From NCBI GenBank assembly GCA_964610975.1, contig CAZSYN010000002.1, positions 216,076 through 280,075 on the forward strand: DNA of 64,000 bases, given 5' to 3'. The stretch is from an uncultured Phycisphaeraceae bacterium (GTDB lineage Bacteria > Planctomycetota > Phycisphaerae > WQYP01). Each line of letters begins with the position of its first letter. The first letter of the stretch is position 1. Of this stretch, positions 37,077 through 46,993 are shown piece after piece. A model generated the notes under the pieces. The model did no database searches. It worked only from the letters and a program-made list of their open reading frames with translations, and was not told where the DNA came from. The position numbers and the translations under genes were made by a program.

Positions 37077-39704
37077 GTGGCCAAAGCATCAGCCAAAACT
37101 TCCGGCAGTGGTAAGGCGCTTGTGATCGTGGAGTCTCCGGCCAAAGCCAAGACAATTAATAAGTATCTTGGCGATAATTTTCAGGTCAAAGCGAGCATGG
37201 GACACGTGCGCGATTTGCCTGAAAAAGGCATGGGCGTTGACATAGAACATCATTTTGAGCCGACCTACGAAATTCTGGATTCCCGCAAAAAGGTAATTTC
37301 CGAATTGCGTAGCGCCGCCAAAGGCAGCGACGAAGTCTATCTGGCAACAGATTTGGACCGCGAGGGTGAGGCGATTGCGTGGCATCTTGCGGCCGCGCTG
37401 GGCCTTGATGGCAAATCAACCAAACGCGTGGTCTTTAACGAAATTACCAAGTCGGCGATTCAGAATGCGTTTAACAATCCGCGATTGATTGATGAATCAA
37501 AAGTCAACGCGCAACAGGCGCGGCGCGTGCTTGATCGGCTGGTGGGATATAAAATCTCGCCGCTGCTGTGGAAAAAAGTGGCGCGCGGACTCTCGGCCGG
37601 GCGCGTGCAATCGGTGGCGACCAAACTGGTTGTAGATCGCGAACGCGAGATCATGGCGTTTATGCCTGAGGAATACTGGAAATTAACAGGCGTATTTACC
37701 ACGGATCTGCTGCGGGCCAATGAACTGGCGTCGGAGTGGGAAAGTTTTCTCACCGGTAATCAGGATGAAGAAGCCGTTGACGACGGCACGGATTCGGCCA
37801 TGGCGGCCAGCGGCCCGACCAATGCTCAAAAAACGCAGTGGATGCAGAGCAACAAGGCGTTTAAGGCCGATCTGATTGAATATAACGGAAGCAAATTCAA
37901 CGTGACCCAGGCGCAGGACGCCGAAAATGTGGCGATGCAGCTTGGCATGGTTGAGCTTCAGATTGATACGAAGGATAACGACGGAACGAACGGTCCGCGC
38001 GGAATACCGGCCAAAGGACCGGCGGAAAAAATCAGCCGCATCTTCGGCCGGGTGTTGATCAATAAGGAATCGCCGGCATTTACCGTGCGTGAGCTGATCA
38101 ACAAGCAATCGACATCGCGCGCGCCTGGGCCGTTTTCCACCAGCACGCTACAGCAGGCCGCCAGCAACAGCCTGAGCTTTGGCGCCCAGCGCACCATGCG
38201 CACGGCACAGCAGCTTTACGAAGGTGTTGATCTTGGCGGCGAGATCGGCATGGTGGGCCTGATTACCTACATGCGTACGGATTCGCAGAATATCTCGGCC
38301 GATGCGATCAAAATGGTGCGCGGATTTATCAGCGAGAAATTCGGCGAGAAATACCTGCCGGAATCTCCCAATTTTTACGCCAGCAAAGCCGGCGCGCAGG
38401 AAGCGCACGAAGCCATCCGCCCGACGGATGTGAACCTGACGCCGCAGATGATCAAAGGCGCATTGAGCGATGAGCAGTTCAAGTTATATGAACTGATCTG
38501 GAAGCGATTTGTGGCTTGCCAGATGACGCCGGCCAACTGGCTTGTGACCGAAGCCATCATTGACGCCACGCAGAATGGCCAGAAATTTGCGACGTTTAAG
38601 GCGACCGGCCGCACGCTGCAATTTGACGGCTTTACGCGCGTGGCGGGCATCTTTACGCGCGCGGAAGAACAGATTTTGCCGAAGCTTGATCAGGGCCAGT
38701 CGGTAGCGCCGCTTGATCTGACGCCGACGCAACATTTTACCAGTCCTCCGCCGCGCTACAGCGAAGCGAGCCTGGTTAAGGCGCTTGAGTCGGAAGGCAT
38801 CGGCCGGCCATCTACGTATGCCAGCATCATTAATACGATTCAGGACCCGCGCCGGCCGTATGTAGAGAGCAAAGGCCGCACGCTCTACGCCACGGATCTC
38901 GGCATGAAGGTAACCGACAAGCTCATTGAGGGCTTCCCGGACATCATGGACACGGGATTTACGCGCCGCGTTGAGGCCGAGCTTGACCAGGTTGAGGAAT
39001 CGCATCGCAACTGGGTTGATGTAGTGCAGAGTTTTTATGAGCCGCTTGAGCGTGACCTGGTGACGGCCGAGGAACGCATGACGCATGCGCGCGCGGAAGC
39101 GGAGCCTTCTGATTATAAGTGCCCCACCTGCGGCGCGCCGATGGTTTACCGTCTGAGCAAGCGCGGCCGGCGATTCCTGAGCTGCTCACGCTATCCGGAA
39201 TGCACCGGCGCGATGAATGTTGATCGCGAAGGCAAACCGATGACCGTTGAGCTGACGGAATATAAATGCCCGATCTGCGGCAAATTCATGCAGAAACGCA
39301 TGGGGCGTTTCGGGCCGTTTTTGGGTTGCTCCGGCTATCCGGAATGCAAAACAATTCTCAATCTGGATCGCAAAACCGGCGAGCCGCTGCCGCCAAAACC
39401 GCCGGCGGAAGATACCGGCATTGCCTGCCCCAAGTGCGGCAAAAAGCATCTGCTGATCCGCACGGGCAAGCGCGGCAAGTTCATCAGTTGCGGCGGATAT
39501 CCGCGTTGCCGCATGACGCTGCCTTTTGAGCGACTTGAGGAGATCAAGACGTCACTGGCCGAGGGAAAATGGCCGGAGGATATTCTGGCCAAGATCGGCG
39601 GCAAGGCAGCCGAAGTGAATATTGAGAAGCCCAAAGAAAAGAAGCCGGCCAAGAAACGCACGGTGAAGAAAAAGGCGGAAACGCCGGAGAATCCGGCGGA
39701 ATAA
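37077..39704 (+). CDS. topA: DNA topoisomerase I
   Basis: KALVIVESPAKAKTINKYLG (Toprim); active-site region; four C-terminal C4 zinc ribbons (CPTCGAPM, CPICGKFM, CPKCGKKH and others); Lys-rich tail. Start taken as the GTG at 37077; the track ORF starts at the TTG at 37029. Confidence 0.9.
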   Translation: MAKASAKTSGSGKALVIVESPAKAKTINKYLGDNFQVKASMGHVRDLPEKGMGVDIEHHFEPTYEILDSRKKVISELRSAAKGSDEVYLATDLDREGEAIAWHLAAALGLDGKSTKRVVFNEITKSAIQNAFNNPRLIDESKVNAQQARRVLDRLVGYKISPLLWKKVARGLSAGRVQSVATKLVVDREREIMAFMPEEYWKLTGVFTTDLLRANELASEWESFLTGNQDEEAVDDGTDSAMAASGPTNAQKTQWMQSNKAFKADLIEYNGSKFNVTQAQDAENVAMQLGMVELQIDTKDNDGTNGPRGIPAKGPAEKISRIFGRVLINKESPAFTVRELINKQSTSRAPGPFSTSTLQQAASNSLSFGAQRTMRTAQQLYEGVDLGGEIGMVGLITYMRTDSQNISADAIKMVRGFISEKFGEKYLPESPNFYASKAGAQEAHEAIRPTDVNLTPQMIKGALSDEQFKLYELIWKRFVACQMTPANWLVTEAIIDATQNGQKFATFKATGRTLQFDGFTRVAGIFTRAEEQILPKLDQGQSVAPLDLTPTQHFTSPPPRYSEASLVKALESEGIGRPSTYASIINTIQDPRRPYVESKGRTLYATDLGMKVTDKLIEGFPDIMDTGFTRRVEAELDQVEESHRNWVDVVQSFYEPLERDLVTAEERMTHARAEAEPSDYKCPTCGAPMVYRLSKRGRRFLSCSRYPECTGAMNVDREGKPMTVELTEYKCPICGKFMQKRMGRFGPFLGCSGYPECKTILNLDRKTGEPLPPKPPAEDTGIACPKCGKKHLLIRTGKRGKFISCGGYPRCRMTLPFERLEEIKTSLAEGKWPEDILAKIGGKAAEVNIEKPKEKKPAKKRTVKKKAETPENPAE

Positions 39705-39715
39705 TCAGGCTTAAC

Positions 39716-39770
39716 AGCAGGGGTAACAGGCATGTTGCCCCTGCTCTATTTTTGCGTCCGTTTTTTATTG
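39716..39770 (+). terminator. intrinsic terminator after topA
   Basis: agcaggggtaacaggcatgttgcccctgct hairpin, followed by ctatttttgcgtccgttttttatt. Confidence 0.6.
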
Positions 39771-39780
39771 ACTTTTTCCC

Positions 39781-39805
39781 TCATGAGTACATAATGTACT
39801 CATGA
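39781..39805. promoter_or_regulatory. perfect 12-bp inverted repeat (tcatgagtacat-a-atgtactcatga) overlapping the higB start codon; putative HigA operator
   Basis: Read directly from the sequence. The higB ATG (39802) lies inside the right arm. Confidence 0.55.
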
Positions 39806-40110
39806 AGATCATCAAGCCGTCGCGCATCCGGGAATTTCAGGATCAATATCCCAAAGCCCGCAAGAACCTGGGACGATGGGTTGATTATGTGGAAAAATCG
39901 ACATGGAAAAACATTGCCGAAATTCGCAAAGTATTCCCAACTGCCGATGCGGTTAAGGTTGACAGTGGCCGAACTGTAACAATTTTTAACATCTGCGGTA
40001 ATGACTTCCGGCTGATAACGGCGATTCACTACAACAGACAGATGATCTTTGTGATGCTCTTTTTGACTCACGCCGAGTACAGTAAAGAATCATGGCGAGG
40101 TGTATTATGA
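39802..40110 (+). CDS. higB: type II toxin-antitoxin system HigB-family toxin (RelE/ParE superfamily mRNA interferase)
   Basis: 102 aa. C-terminal ...TIFNICGNDFRLITAIHYNRQMIFVMLFLTHAEYSK matches the HigB signature (FNIxGNxYRLIxxIHYxxxxVxIxxIGTHAEYD). A 4-nt ATGA overlap joins it to the downstream antitoxin. Confidence 0.8.
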   Translation: MKIIKPSRIREFQDQYPKARKNLGRWVDYVEKSTWKNIAEIRKVFPTADAVKVDSGRTVTIFNICGNDFRLITAIHYNRQMIFVMLFLTHAEYSKESWRGVL

Positions 40111-40529
40111 AAAAAATTGCACGAACCATCACATTCAAGGATATCCCAAAAAAATATTCCGGGTTGATTGAATTATTCCCGCTGCGCCCATTGAATGACA
40201 AAGTTGATTATGAAAATGCGGGCGAGATTATTGATGCGATGGCCGGCCATGATCTTAATAAAGACCAGGATGATTACCTGGCGGTTCTTTCTACTTTGGT
40301 GAATCAATATGACACCGAAAATATGCCGCAGCCATTCCGTGAGAATGACCCGATCGGCAATCTTGAGTTTCTACTGGAGCAGCACCAGATGAACGCGTCC
40401 GATCTTGGCCGCATACTTAATGAACGCACTCTGGGATCAAAAATTCTCCGGCGGGAACGCGAACTAAGCAAAATGCATATAAGGAAAATTGCCGAATACT
40501 TTAACACCAATCCGGCGATCTTTTTGTAA
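40107..40529 (+). CDS. higA: HigA-family antitoxin (XRE-type HTH)
   Basis: Begins MKKIARTI at the ATGA overlap. C-terminal helix-turn-helix NASDLGRILNERTLGSKILRRERELSKMHIRKIAEYF. About 140 aa, like E. coli HigA. Confidence 0.7.
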   Translation: MKKIARTITFKDIPKKYSGLIELFPLRPLNDKVDYENAGEIIDAMAGHDLNKDQDDYLAVLSTLVNQYDTENMPQPFRENDPIGNLEFLLEQHQMNASDLGRILNERTLGSKILRRERELSKMHIRKIAEYFNTNPAIFL

Positions 40530-40570
40530 TACGCGCCGAGTCCCGGCCTGATATCCTCTCGCCGGGGCTT

Positions 40571-40580
40571 GTGTTATAAT
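40571..40580 (+). promoter_or_regulatory. extended -10 promoter element (TGTGtTATAAT) upstream of metY
   Basis: tgtgttataat lies 49 nt upstream of the metY ATG. The 5' UTR looks too short for a riboswitch. Confidence 0.4.
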
Positions 40581-40628
40581 GCCTCCCTCGTATTTTTGTA
40601 ATGGGAAACGAGAGAGGAGCGGTAACGT

Positions 40629-41924
40629 ATGTCAGCCAGTCAGCATCAACCGGGAATCAGCACGATCGCATTGCACGCGGGGCAAAAGCCGGACCCGGCA
40701 ACCGGGTCGCGCGCGGTGCCGATTCATCAGACGACAAGTTATGTATTTCGCGATACCAAACACGCGGCCGATCTTTTTGGCCTGCGCGAAATGGGGTGGA
40801 TTTACACGCGCCTGATGAACCCGACAACCGATGTGCTTGAGCAGCGCATGGCCGCGCTTGATGGCGGCGTTGGCGCGCTGGGCGTGTCATCGGGGATGAG
40901 TGCGATTTCTGTTGCGCTGATGAATCTGGCGCATAACGGCGGGCATATCGTGGCCAGCGAAGCGCTTTATGGCGGCACGCTGAGCCTGCTGGGGCAAACA
41001 TTCCGCCGGCTTGGCATTGAGTTAACGTTTGTGGACATGACGCAAACGGAAAATGTCCGCAAGGCGATCAAGGCCAACACGCGCGCGGTTTATTTTGAGA
41101 GCGTGGCCAATCCCAAGAATGATGTGCTTGATTATGATGCGATTGCCAAAATTGCCCATGACGCCGGCGTGCCGGTGGTCTGCGATAACACGGTGACGCC
41201 GACGCTCTTTCGTCCTTTTGAACATGGCGTTGATATCGCGGTGTACTCGGCCACGAAATTCATCGGCGGCCACGGCACAACCATCGGCGGCGTGATCGTA
41301 GACTCCGGCAAGTTTGACTGGACCAAAGAACCCAAAAAGTGGCCGCAGTTTACAGAGCCTGATCCGGCATATCACGGCGCAATCTTCAGCCAGGTTGTCG
41401 GCAATCTGGCGTTCATCATCACCTGCCGCGTAAGCTGGCTGCGCGATATGGGCTGCGCAATGAGCCCGATGAGCGCGTTTTTGTTCCTTCAGGGTCTTGA
41501 GACATTGCCGCTGCGTATACAAAAGCACAGCGAAAATGCTCTGGCCGTGGCCAAGCATCTTAAGGCGCATCCGCAGGTCACATGGGTTAATTATCCGGGA
41601 CTTGAAGATCACCCGAGTCATGCCAATGCCAAAAAGTATCTGAAAAAAGGCAACGGCGCGATTCTGGGTTTTGGCATCAAGGGCGGCAAGGCCGCGGCGG
41701 CCAGGTTTATTGAATCAGTCAAGCTGGCATCGCATCTGGCCAATATCGGCGACGCCAAGACGCTGGTGATTCATCCGGCAACCACTACTCACAGCCAGCA
41801 GAGCACGGAAGAATTGCTCAAGGCCGGCATTACGGAAGATTATATCCGCGTGAGCGTGGGCCTTGAGGATGTGGCCGATATCCTGGCGGATTTTGACCAG
41901 GCACTGACGAAAGCAAAAGCATAA
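40629..41924 (+). CDS. metY: O-acetylhomoserine sulfhydrylase (PLP-dependent Cys/Met-metabolism enzyme)
   Basis: GISTIALHAGQKPDPATGSRAVPIHQTTSYVF...; 431 aa. The lysine motif sits in ...YSATKFIGGHGT... RBS GAGAGGAG. Confidence 0.85.
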   Translation: MSASQHQPGISTIALHAGQKPDPATGSRAVPIHQTTSYVFRDTKHAADLFGLREMGWIYTRLMNPTTDVLEQRMAALDGGVGALGVSSGMSAISVALMNLAHNGGHIVASEALYGGTLSLLGQTFRRLGIELTFVDMTQTENVRKAIKANTRAVYFESVANPKNDVLDYDAIAKIAHDAGVPVVCDNTVTPTLFRPFEHGVDIAVYSATKFIGGHGTTIGGVIVDSGKFDWTKEPKKWPQFTEPDPAYHGAIFSQVVGNLAFIITCRVSWLRDMGCAMSPMSAFLFLQGLETLPLRIQKHSENALAVAKHLKAHPQVTWVNYPGLEDHPSHANAKKYLKKGNGAILGFGIKGGKAAAARFIESVKLASHLANIGDAKTLVIHPATTTHSQQSTEELLKAGITEDYIRVSVGLEDVADILADFDQALTKAKA

Positions 41925-41971
41925 ATAAGGCGTGAGCATTGAGCATGAGTGATGAGAACAACTCATGACTC

Positions 41972-43771
41972 ATGCTCAAGTTCAAACGATTCGGCATGGC
42001 AGATCAAATTCCGGAAAGTTCAGACAGCATCCGCAGCGCAAAGCCGCTCAAGCATGCACAGAAAATCCATTTTAAGGAGCCTGTGCCGCTTGATAACGGT
42101 GATGTGCTGCCGGAACTCACCGTGGCGTATGAGACATGGGGCAAGCTCTCGCCGGCGCGTGATAACGCCGTGTATATTTGCCATGCGCTGACGGGCGATT
42201 CTCATGTGGCGCGCCATGATGAGCAGGATGATCCGGGATGGTGGGATATTCTTGTTGGCCCGGGCAAAGCCGTTGATACGGATAAATATTTTGTCATCTG
42301 CGCCAACGTGCTTGGCGGCTGCCGCGGCACTACGGGCCCGGGCAGCATCAATCCTAAAACCGGCAAGCCTTACGGCGGCGATTTTCCGCTGATCACTATC
42401 GGCGATATCGCGCATGTTCAGGATATGCTTGTCGAAAAACTTGGCGTTAACAAACTTCATGCGGTCATCGGCGGATCACTCGGCGGGCATATGGCGCTTG
42501 AGTGGGCCACGCGCTATCCGCAGCGCATCGGTTCGGTGCTGCTGATCGCAACGTCGGCGTTTATTACGCCACAGGCATTGGCATTTGATATCGTCGGGCG
42601 TAACGCCATTTTGCGCGATCCGAATTTTTCCGGCGGACAGTATTACCAGAATCACGGCCCAGCCGACGGACTTGCCGTTGCGCGCATGCTGGCGCACATC
42701 ACGTATCTTTCGCCGGAAGCCATGATCAATAAATTCTCCGGCCCGGCGATTCTTGATGACACAACGGAATTTGAGAAACGTTTTCCGGTCGGTTCCTATC
42801 TGGTCAAGCAGGGCAATCGTTTCGTAGAACGATTTGACGCCAACAGCTATATCGCCCTCACGCGCGCGATGGACCAATTTGATCTTGGCCGCACGCCGCA
42901 GGATCTGGCGGACTCGCTGGCGAGCACAACCTGCCGGTGGCTGGTGCTGAGTTTTTCTTCAGACTGGCTTTTTCCGACATATCAATCACGGCAGATTGTT
43001 CACGCGCTGACCATGCTGGGCCGGCCGGTGACGTATGTCAATCTTGAGAGTCCGCACGGGCATGATGCGTTCTTGCTTAAGCATGATCTTGATCGTTACG
43101 GCGGTTTTGTAAAAGCTGCGCTTGATGGCCAGCATCCGGGACTCAGCGTAGCGCATAGCGAACCTGCGCCGGTTGACGGCGCGGATCTGCCGCGCATTGA
43201 CAATGACACGATTATTGAATTGATTGAGCCGCACGCAAGCGTGCTTGATCTGGGTTGCGGATCAGGCGAATTGCTTGAGAGTCTTGCACGCCGAGGCCAC
43301 GGGCACCTTGTCGGCGTTGAGCTTGATGAGTGGGAATTGCTGGCCTGCGCGCGGCGCGGACTGAATGTTGTTCAGGCGGATCTCAATGGCGGATTGCCGC
43401 TGTTCCGCGATGGCCAATTTGATGTGGCAGTGCTTTCGCAAACATTGCCGGTGGTGCGCGATGTTGATCACGTTGTGCAGGAAATCTTGCGCGTGGCAAG
43501 GCGAGGCATCATCAGCTTCCCAAATTTTGCATATGAGCCGTATCGCCGCCAGTTGCTTGATGCCGGCCGCGCTCCGGTACCAGGCGGACTCAAATGGTAT
43601 AATACGCCCAATCTGCGATTCCTCTCTATTGCTGATTTTGAGGATTACTGCGCGCAGAGGAATATTCAGATTCATGAGAGGGTCGCGCTTGATTCGCAGC
43701 ACAAACGCCGCGTGAATCAAGATCCGAATCGCAATGCGGATACGGCCGTGTTTGTGATCGGAAAACGCTGA
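41972..43771 (+). CDS. metX: homoserine O-acetyltransferase MetX fused to MetW-type methyltransferase-like domain
   Basis: N-terminal ~390 aa are alpha/beta hydrolase (VIGGSLGGHMALEW nucleophile elbow, ...PHGHDAFL). C-terminal ~200 aa are LDLGCGSGELLESLARRGH...GLNVVQADLNGGLPLFRDGQFDVAVLSQTL, a class I SAM-methyltransferase fold like MetW. Confidence 0.8.
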   Translation: MLKFKRFGMADQIPESSDSIRSAKPLKHAQKIHFKEPVPLDNGDVLPELTVAYETWGKLSPARDNAVYICHALTGDSHVARHDEQDDPGWWDILVGPGKAVDTDKYFVICANVLGGCRGTTGPGSINPKTGKPYGGDFPLITIGDIAHVQDMLVEKLGVNKLHAVIGGSLGGHMALEWATRYPQRIGSVLLIATSAFITPQALAFDIVGRNAILRDPNFSGGQYYQNHGPADGLAVARMLAHITYLSPEAMINKFSGPAILDDTTEFEKRFPVGSYLVKQGNRFVERFDANSYIALTRAMDQFDLGRTPQDLADSLASTTCRWLVLSFSSDWLFPTYQSRQIVHALTMLGRPVTYVNLESPHGHDAFLLKHDLDRYGGFVKAALDGQHPGLSVAHSEPAPVDGADLPRIDNDTIIELIEPHASVLDLGCGSGELLESLARRGHGHLVGVELDEWELLACARRGLNVVQADLNGGLPLFRDGQFDVAVLSQTLPVVRDVDHVVQEILRVARRGIISFPNFAYEPYRRQLLDAGRAPVPGGLKWYNTPNLRFLSIADFEDYCAQRNIQIHERVALDSQHKRRVNQDPNRNADTAVFVIGKR

Positions 43772-43796
43772 ATGTAAAAAACACAGCGTTCATTGT

Positions 43797-44621
43797 TTAC
43801 CGTTCAGTGTTCTTTATCCTCGCCTCTTCAGGCCAATCACCAAAGAGTTTTCCCTGAAGATTCGCCGGCAGCGATGCGATCAATTTCCCCGCCAGATTCA
43901 GATGCAGTGTGATGCGCGGAATCATCACCGCCAGCAAAATACCGGCCGTGACATCAGAAATATAATGCATTGCGACAATCACACGCATACCGGCCGTAAT
44001 GCCGGCCAAACCCATAAAAATAGCCCGGCCACGCGGATAAAACCATGACAGCGCCGTGGCCAACGCAAAAGCGCCCGTGGTATGCGCGGAAGGAAATGAA
44101 CCAAATGCCGAGCCGACGGTAAATCCCGCGCGCGGGCCAAGCACAAGCCATTCGCCGGTCATCATGTCGCTGTTATATACACCGGGCCGGGTCCGGCCGA
44201 CGCAACCTTTGAGTAAATAACACACGAGCACCGTCACAAAGCAGGCAATCGCTATGGCAAAAGCCTTGCGCCGCCCCTGCTTATCAAGCAACATCACGCA
44301 GACAATAATGATCACACTGCCGACCCACTGGCCGAACTGCTCAAGCATGGCAAGTTCCCGGCGAATGTCGCTGCCGATCTTATAATAATGACCATGAATA
44401 AAAAGATGGCCGTCATGAATTTCTTCGCGATGATGAAGTGCCCATGACGCCGCCGGCATATCCCACCAGTGATACGCAATCACGGTAATCACCACCATCA
44501 GCAACACTTTAGCCCACCACGGGATACGCAAATCAAATTGTTTTGGCGCAGTCACATGCCAAAGCGCCGGCATCGCCGAATCGCCGCCGGGCCGAGGATC
44601 TTGAGTCGTCTTGCTTGTCAT
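43797..44621 (-). CDS. PAP2-family phosphatase (undecaprenyl-diphosphate / lipid phosphatase-like)
   Basis: GRTRPGV (KX6RP), GSFPSAHT (PSGH) and AMHYISDVTAG (SRX5HX3D) motifs. Multi-TM. Confidence 0.7.
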   Translation of the reverse strand: MTSKTTQDPRPGGDSAMPALWHVTAPKQFDLRIPWWAKVLLMVVITVIAYHWWDMPAASWALHHREEIHDGHLFIHGHYYKIGSDIRRELAMLEQFGQWVGSVIIIVCVMLLDKQGRRKAFAIAIACFVTVLVCYLLKGCVGRTRPGVYNSDMMTGEWLVLGPRAGFTVGSAFGSFPSAHTTGAFALATALSWFYPRGRAIFMGLAGITAGMRVIVAMHYISDVTAGILLAVMIPRITLHLNLAGKLIASLPANLQGKLFGDWPEEARIKNTER

Positions 44622-44706
44622 GGTCGCGTTTTGGCCCTTCTGTGTTTATAGTGTGGTGTTCCTGATCCTGTTGATTGTAACTTGTATTGCCAGGAAAAAC
44701 AAACGC

Positions 44707-46782
44707 ATGACCGCAGGCCGGACCATAAATCGTTGGTGGAGTCGCGAGGACATCCTGCTGATTCTGCTTTTAGGAGCGTTGCTCTATCTGCCGGGACTCG
44801 GGCAGATTTCGCTTTTTGATCGCGATGAGCCGCGCTTTGCCACGGCCACGCGCGAAATGCTGACCACCGGTGACTGGGTCGTCCCCCATTTTAACGGCAA
44901 TCTGCGCAGCGATAAACCGCCACTGCTTTATTGGGTGATGATGGCGTCCTATTCGCTCGTGGGCCAAAATGAACTTGGCGCGCGGCTACCCTCGGCCATA
45001 TTCAGCACCATGACACTGCTGATGGTTTACTGGATCACCGGCAGCCGCTTTGGCCGGATCACCGGCATTGTCTCGGCGGTGATGCTTGGCTCATGTTCAT
45101 TGTTCATTGCCGAATCCCGATTGGCCACGGCCGACGCAACCATGCTCTTTTTTATCGTAACGGCGCTTGGCTGCGTCTGGCGCGCATGGGATGCCGCCGG
45201 CACGCATCAGGATGCGCCCACCATTTTGCCCCGGCCTAAATATCTTGTAGATCAACCGGAAACCGTTGAGTTTGTTAACACTGGCGTGCGTCACGGCCCG
45301 GTGCCGCTCTGGTTGGTGATTCTTTTTTGGGTATCGCTTTCGCTTGGCACGCTGACCAAAGGCGTGCCGCTGATGTTTGTTTTTGTGCCGATGATCACGC
45401 TGTCAATTGCCACCGGTAAATGGTGCGAACTCTGGCATCAGTGGCGGCAAAGCTCCTGGCCGGCGCGCATTTATCATGCGCCCACGTTTTTCCTGCGCGC
45501 CATCTGGCAAGGCAATTGGGGCTGGTGGCGCCAGCTTAAGCCGGCGCTCGGATTCCTGATCCTCATCGCTTCCGTCGGCGCATGGGTCATCGCGGCCGGC
45601 ACCAGAACAAACTGGGTTCTCATCAACCAGATGGTCGGCATACACTTTCTTGTGCGCACCATGGGCCCGCTTTTAAGCAGCCTGGGAATCGTCATTCCGG
45701 ATATCGCGCATCCCGGCGGCAATGATCCGATGTCCGCATATCGCCACCCGCCCGGTTTTTATACCGCGCTGGTGTGGGTCACGTTCTGGCCGTGGACGCC
45801 GCTGCTGATCCCAATGGTATACCACACGCTGCGCCGAATGCTGCGCCGCACCGCCATGAACATTGATCCCCGGCCATACCAGTTCCTGGTGGCGTGGGTT
45901 GTGCCGATGTGGATTTTGCTTGAGCTTTCGCGCGGCAAATTACTGCATTACTGCCTTCCTCTGTATGTGGCCATGATTATTCTGTGCGCTGATACCATGG
46001 TTCAAAGCTGGTTCAGGTTGACGGAAGTTCTCGCGGCGCGCTGGTTCAGTTGGGCGCGTTATGCATGGCTGCTGGTGTGGCTTGGCATGGGCGCGGCCGC
46101 GGTTCTGGCCAACACGTATTGGCTCAATGATCCGCAGCTTACGCGGGTGTCGTTTATCGTCGCCGGCGCATTTGCGGTTGTGGGCATTGTCGGCACCATT
46201 TCGTGGGGCAAACCCGCGTGGATTTTTATCACTGTTCTGGGTTACGCCGCATCGCTGATGATCGCCAACACGCTTTATGTGCCGCAAATTAAGGGACTGC
46301 ATGCCACGCAATGGGCCATGGCCGAAGCCAAAAAAGTTCGCGACCGCGGTTTTCAGCTTATCGCCATCGGCCACGATGAGCCGACAATGGTCTTTTACAG
46401 CGAACAGACGCTGAAGTTTGTGAACGTGCCGGTGGATCTCGCCGCCATGCATCATGCGGGGACGCAACCATCCGTCGCGGCCACGCCATCAGCTCAAATG
46501 ACCGGACGCATAACACCGGCTGGAGAACAATCCGCAACCGATAAATTCACTCAGCTTTGGTCCGGCAAACCTAAAAAGCACGCCACGCCCGGCACGTACA
46601 CAGATGATCCGAATATCGCAACCGTGGCCGTCATCAGCAAAGACGCGCTCAAACAGCTTGACGTCATGGGGCTTAAATACTGGATTGTCGATTCATTCCC
46701 GCTTTTGCCGCGCCAGGGCAAGCCGGAGCGGCGGCTCTTTATCATCACCAATACTGAGCCGTATGAAAAAAATCCGTCATGA
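44707..46782 (+). CDS. GT83/GT39-family glycosyltransferase (ArnT / PMT-like, lipid-carrier-dependent)
   Basis: N-terminal DRDEPRFATATREMLTTGDWVVPHFNGNLRSDKPPLLYWVM is the ArnT/PMT_2 signature loop. About 12 TM helices, then a ~250-aa soluble C-terminal domain. Divergent from the PAP2 gene. Start chosen at an internal Met; the track starts at the TTG at 44611. Confidence 0.65.
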   Translation: MTAGRTINRWWSREDILLILLLGALLYLPGLGQISLFDRDEPRFATATREMLTTGDWVVPHFNGNLRSDKPPLLYWVMMASYSLVGQNELGARLPSAIFSTMTLLMVYWITGSRFGRITGIVSAVMLGSCSLFIAESRLATADATMLFFIVTALGCVWRAWDAAGTHQDAPTILPRPKYLVDQPETVEFVNTGVRHGPVPLWLVILFWVSLSLGTLTKGVPLMFVFVPMITLSIATGKWCELWHQWRQSSWPARIYHAPTFFLRAIWQGNWGWWRQLKPALGFLILIASVGAWVIAAGTRTNWVLINQMVGIHFLVRTMGPLLSSLGIVIPDIAHPGGNDPMSAYRHPPGFYTALVWVTFWPWTPLLIPMVYHTLRRMLRRTAMNIDPRPYQFLVAWVVPMWILLELSRGKLLHYCLPLYVAMIILCADTMVQSWFRLTEVLAARWFSWARYAWLLVWLGMGAAAVLANTYWLNDPQLTRVSFIVAGAFAVVGIVGTISWGKPAWIFITVLGYAASLMIANTLYVPQIKGLHATQWAMAEAKKVRDRGFQLIAIGHDEPTMVFYSEQTLKFVNVPVDLAAMHHAGTQPSVAATPSAQMTGRITPAGEQSATDKFTQLWSGKPKKHATPGTYTDDPNIATVAVISKDALKQLDVMGLKYWIVDSFPLLPRQGKPERRLFIITNTEPYEKNPS

Positions 46783-46823
46783 CATGATGATCAATAAAAT
46801 GATCAGCCAAAAAAATATGACTT

Positions 46824-46857
46824 AAAAAAACGGGACGCATAGCGTCCCGTTTTTTGT
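46824..46857 (+). terminator. bidirectional intrinsic terminator
   Basis: aaaaaaacgggacgc-atag-gcgtcccgtttttt. Confidence 0.65.
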
Positions 46858-46909
46858 CAATCATTCACACAAAATCAGACCACGCCAGATGATTCCGTGA
46901 CATGACGAC

Positions 46910-46956
46910 GATTAAAAAATAACCATGCAGGGGCGGCGAATAAACCGCCCCTGCAT
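46910..46956 (-). terminator. intrinsic terminator for the 46994-47728 gene
   Basis: tgcaggggcgg-cgaataaa-ccgcccctgca, followed on the minus strand by ggttatttttt. Confidence 0.6.
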
Positions 46957-46993
46957 ATTCTCAGTGCGAAAGATTAATTGCACTACGGCAAAA

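Noticed and set aside
40530-40628. Possible SAM or other riboswitch in front of metY
   Set aside because: The extended -10 promoter lies only ~49 nt from the start codon, leaving too short a 5' UTR.
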